Below, piece by piece: positions 63,926-64,000 of a DNA stretch of 64,000 nt (the first letter of the stretch is position 1; each line of letters starts with the position of its first letter). The DNA is from Chiloscyllium plagiosum. Taxonomy: Eukaryota. Both the position numbers and the translations under genes were made by a program. Under the pieces are notes generated by a model, which had not been told where the DNA came from, made no database searches, and worked only from the letters and a program-made list of their open reading frames with translations. The stretch covers positions 12,094,923 to 12,158,922 of the forward strand of contig NC_057752.1 in the NCBI RefSeq assembly GCF_004010195.1, written 5' to 3'.

Positions 63926-64000
63926 CTGGTCGCCAACGCTGTGGTGTTCACCTGTGGGATCCTGGTGGGGGCCTACCAGAAACACCTGATGGACCGGGCC
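63926..64000 (+). CDS. Adenylate cyclase (ADCY2/4/7 group)-like exon, 5' part (TM6/start of C1), runs off the window
   Basis: After a pyrimidine tract and ggcag acceptor, frame 0 reads LVANAVVFTCGILVGAYQKHLMDRA. This resembles ADCY2 ILANVIIFICGNLAGAYHKHLMELA and ADCY4 LAANAVLFLCGNVAGVYHKALMERA as I recall them. Only 25 codons are visible. Confidence 0.72.
   Translation, partial: MVANAVVFTCGILVGAYQKHLMDRA

Overview
Eukaryotic, TE-dense vertebrate DNA. The repeat families (V-domain/HE1-like SINEs, CR1 LINEs, Penelope-like and Tx1 elements) point to a cartilaginous fish, probably a shark (inference). The window lies inside a vitamin D receptor gene (VDR/NR1I1) on the minus strand. Four internal coding exons are visible (60700-60830, 29159-29343, 22424-22565, 13920-14088), with canonical AG/GT ends and compatible phases. 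They encode zinc finger 2, the hinge/helix 1, the variable insertion and helix 3. The first zinc-finger exon and the C-terminal LBD exons were not found, so they presumably lie outside the window. Introns are filled with decayed, nested CR1, Penelope, Tx1, SINE, solo-LTR and Harbinger remnants, and almost all listed ORFs are TE fragments or spurious. Most notable observations: (1) a chimeric retroposon made of an intron-containing tRNA-Arg(TCT)-derived head (anticodon now TCA) and a Tx1-like LINE 3' end with poly(A), inserted in a solo LTR; (2) a GC/CpG-rich segment at the right edge carrying an ADCY2/4/7-like exon antisense to VDR (nested copy or misassembly); (3) minimal hammerhead ribozyme motifs in Penelope termini; (4) a 133-bp near-perfect inverted repeat; (5) Phe at the position of human VDR ligand-contact Tyr143; (6) a canonical CTCF motif beside the zinc-finger exon. 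All homology calls are from recognition, not database searches. Nothing here proves a new biological system; the tRNA-Tx1 chimera is the best candidate for an undescribed element.
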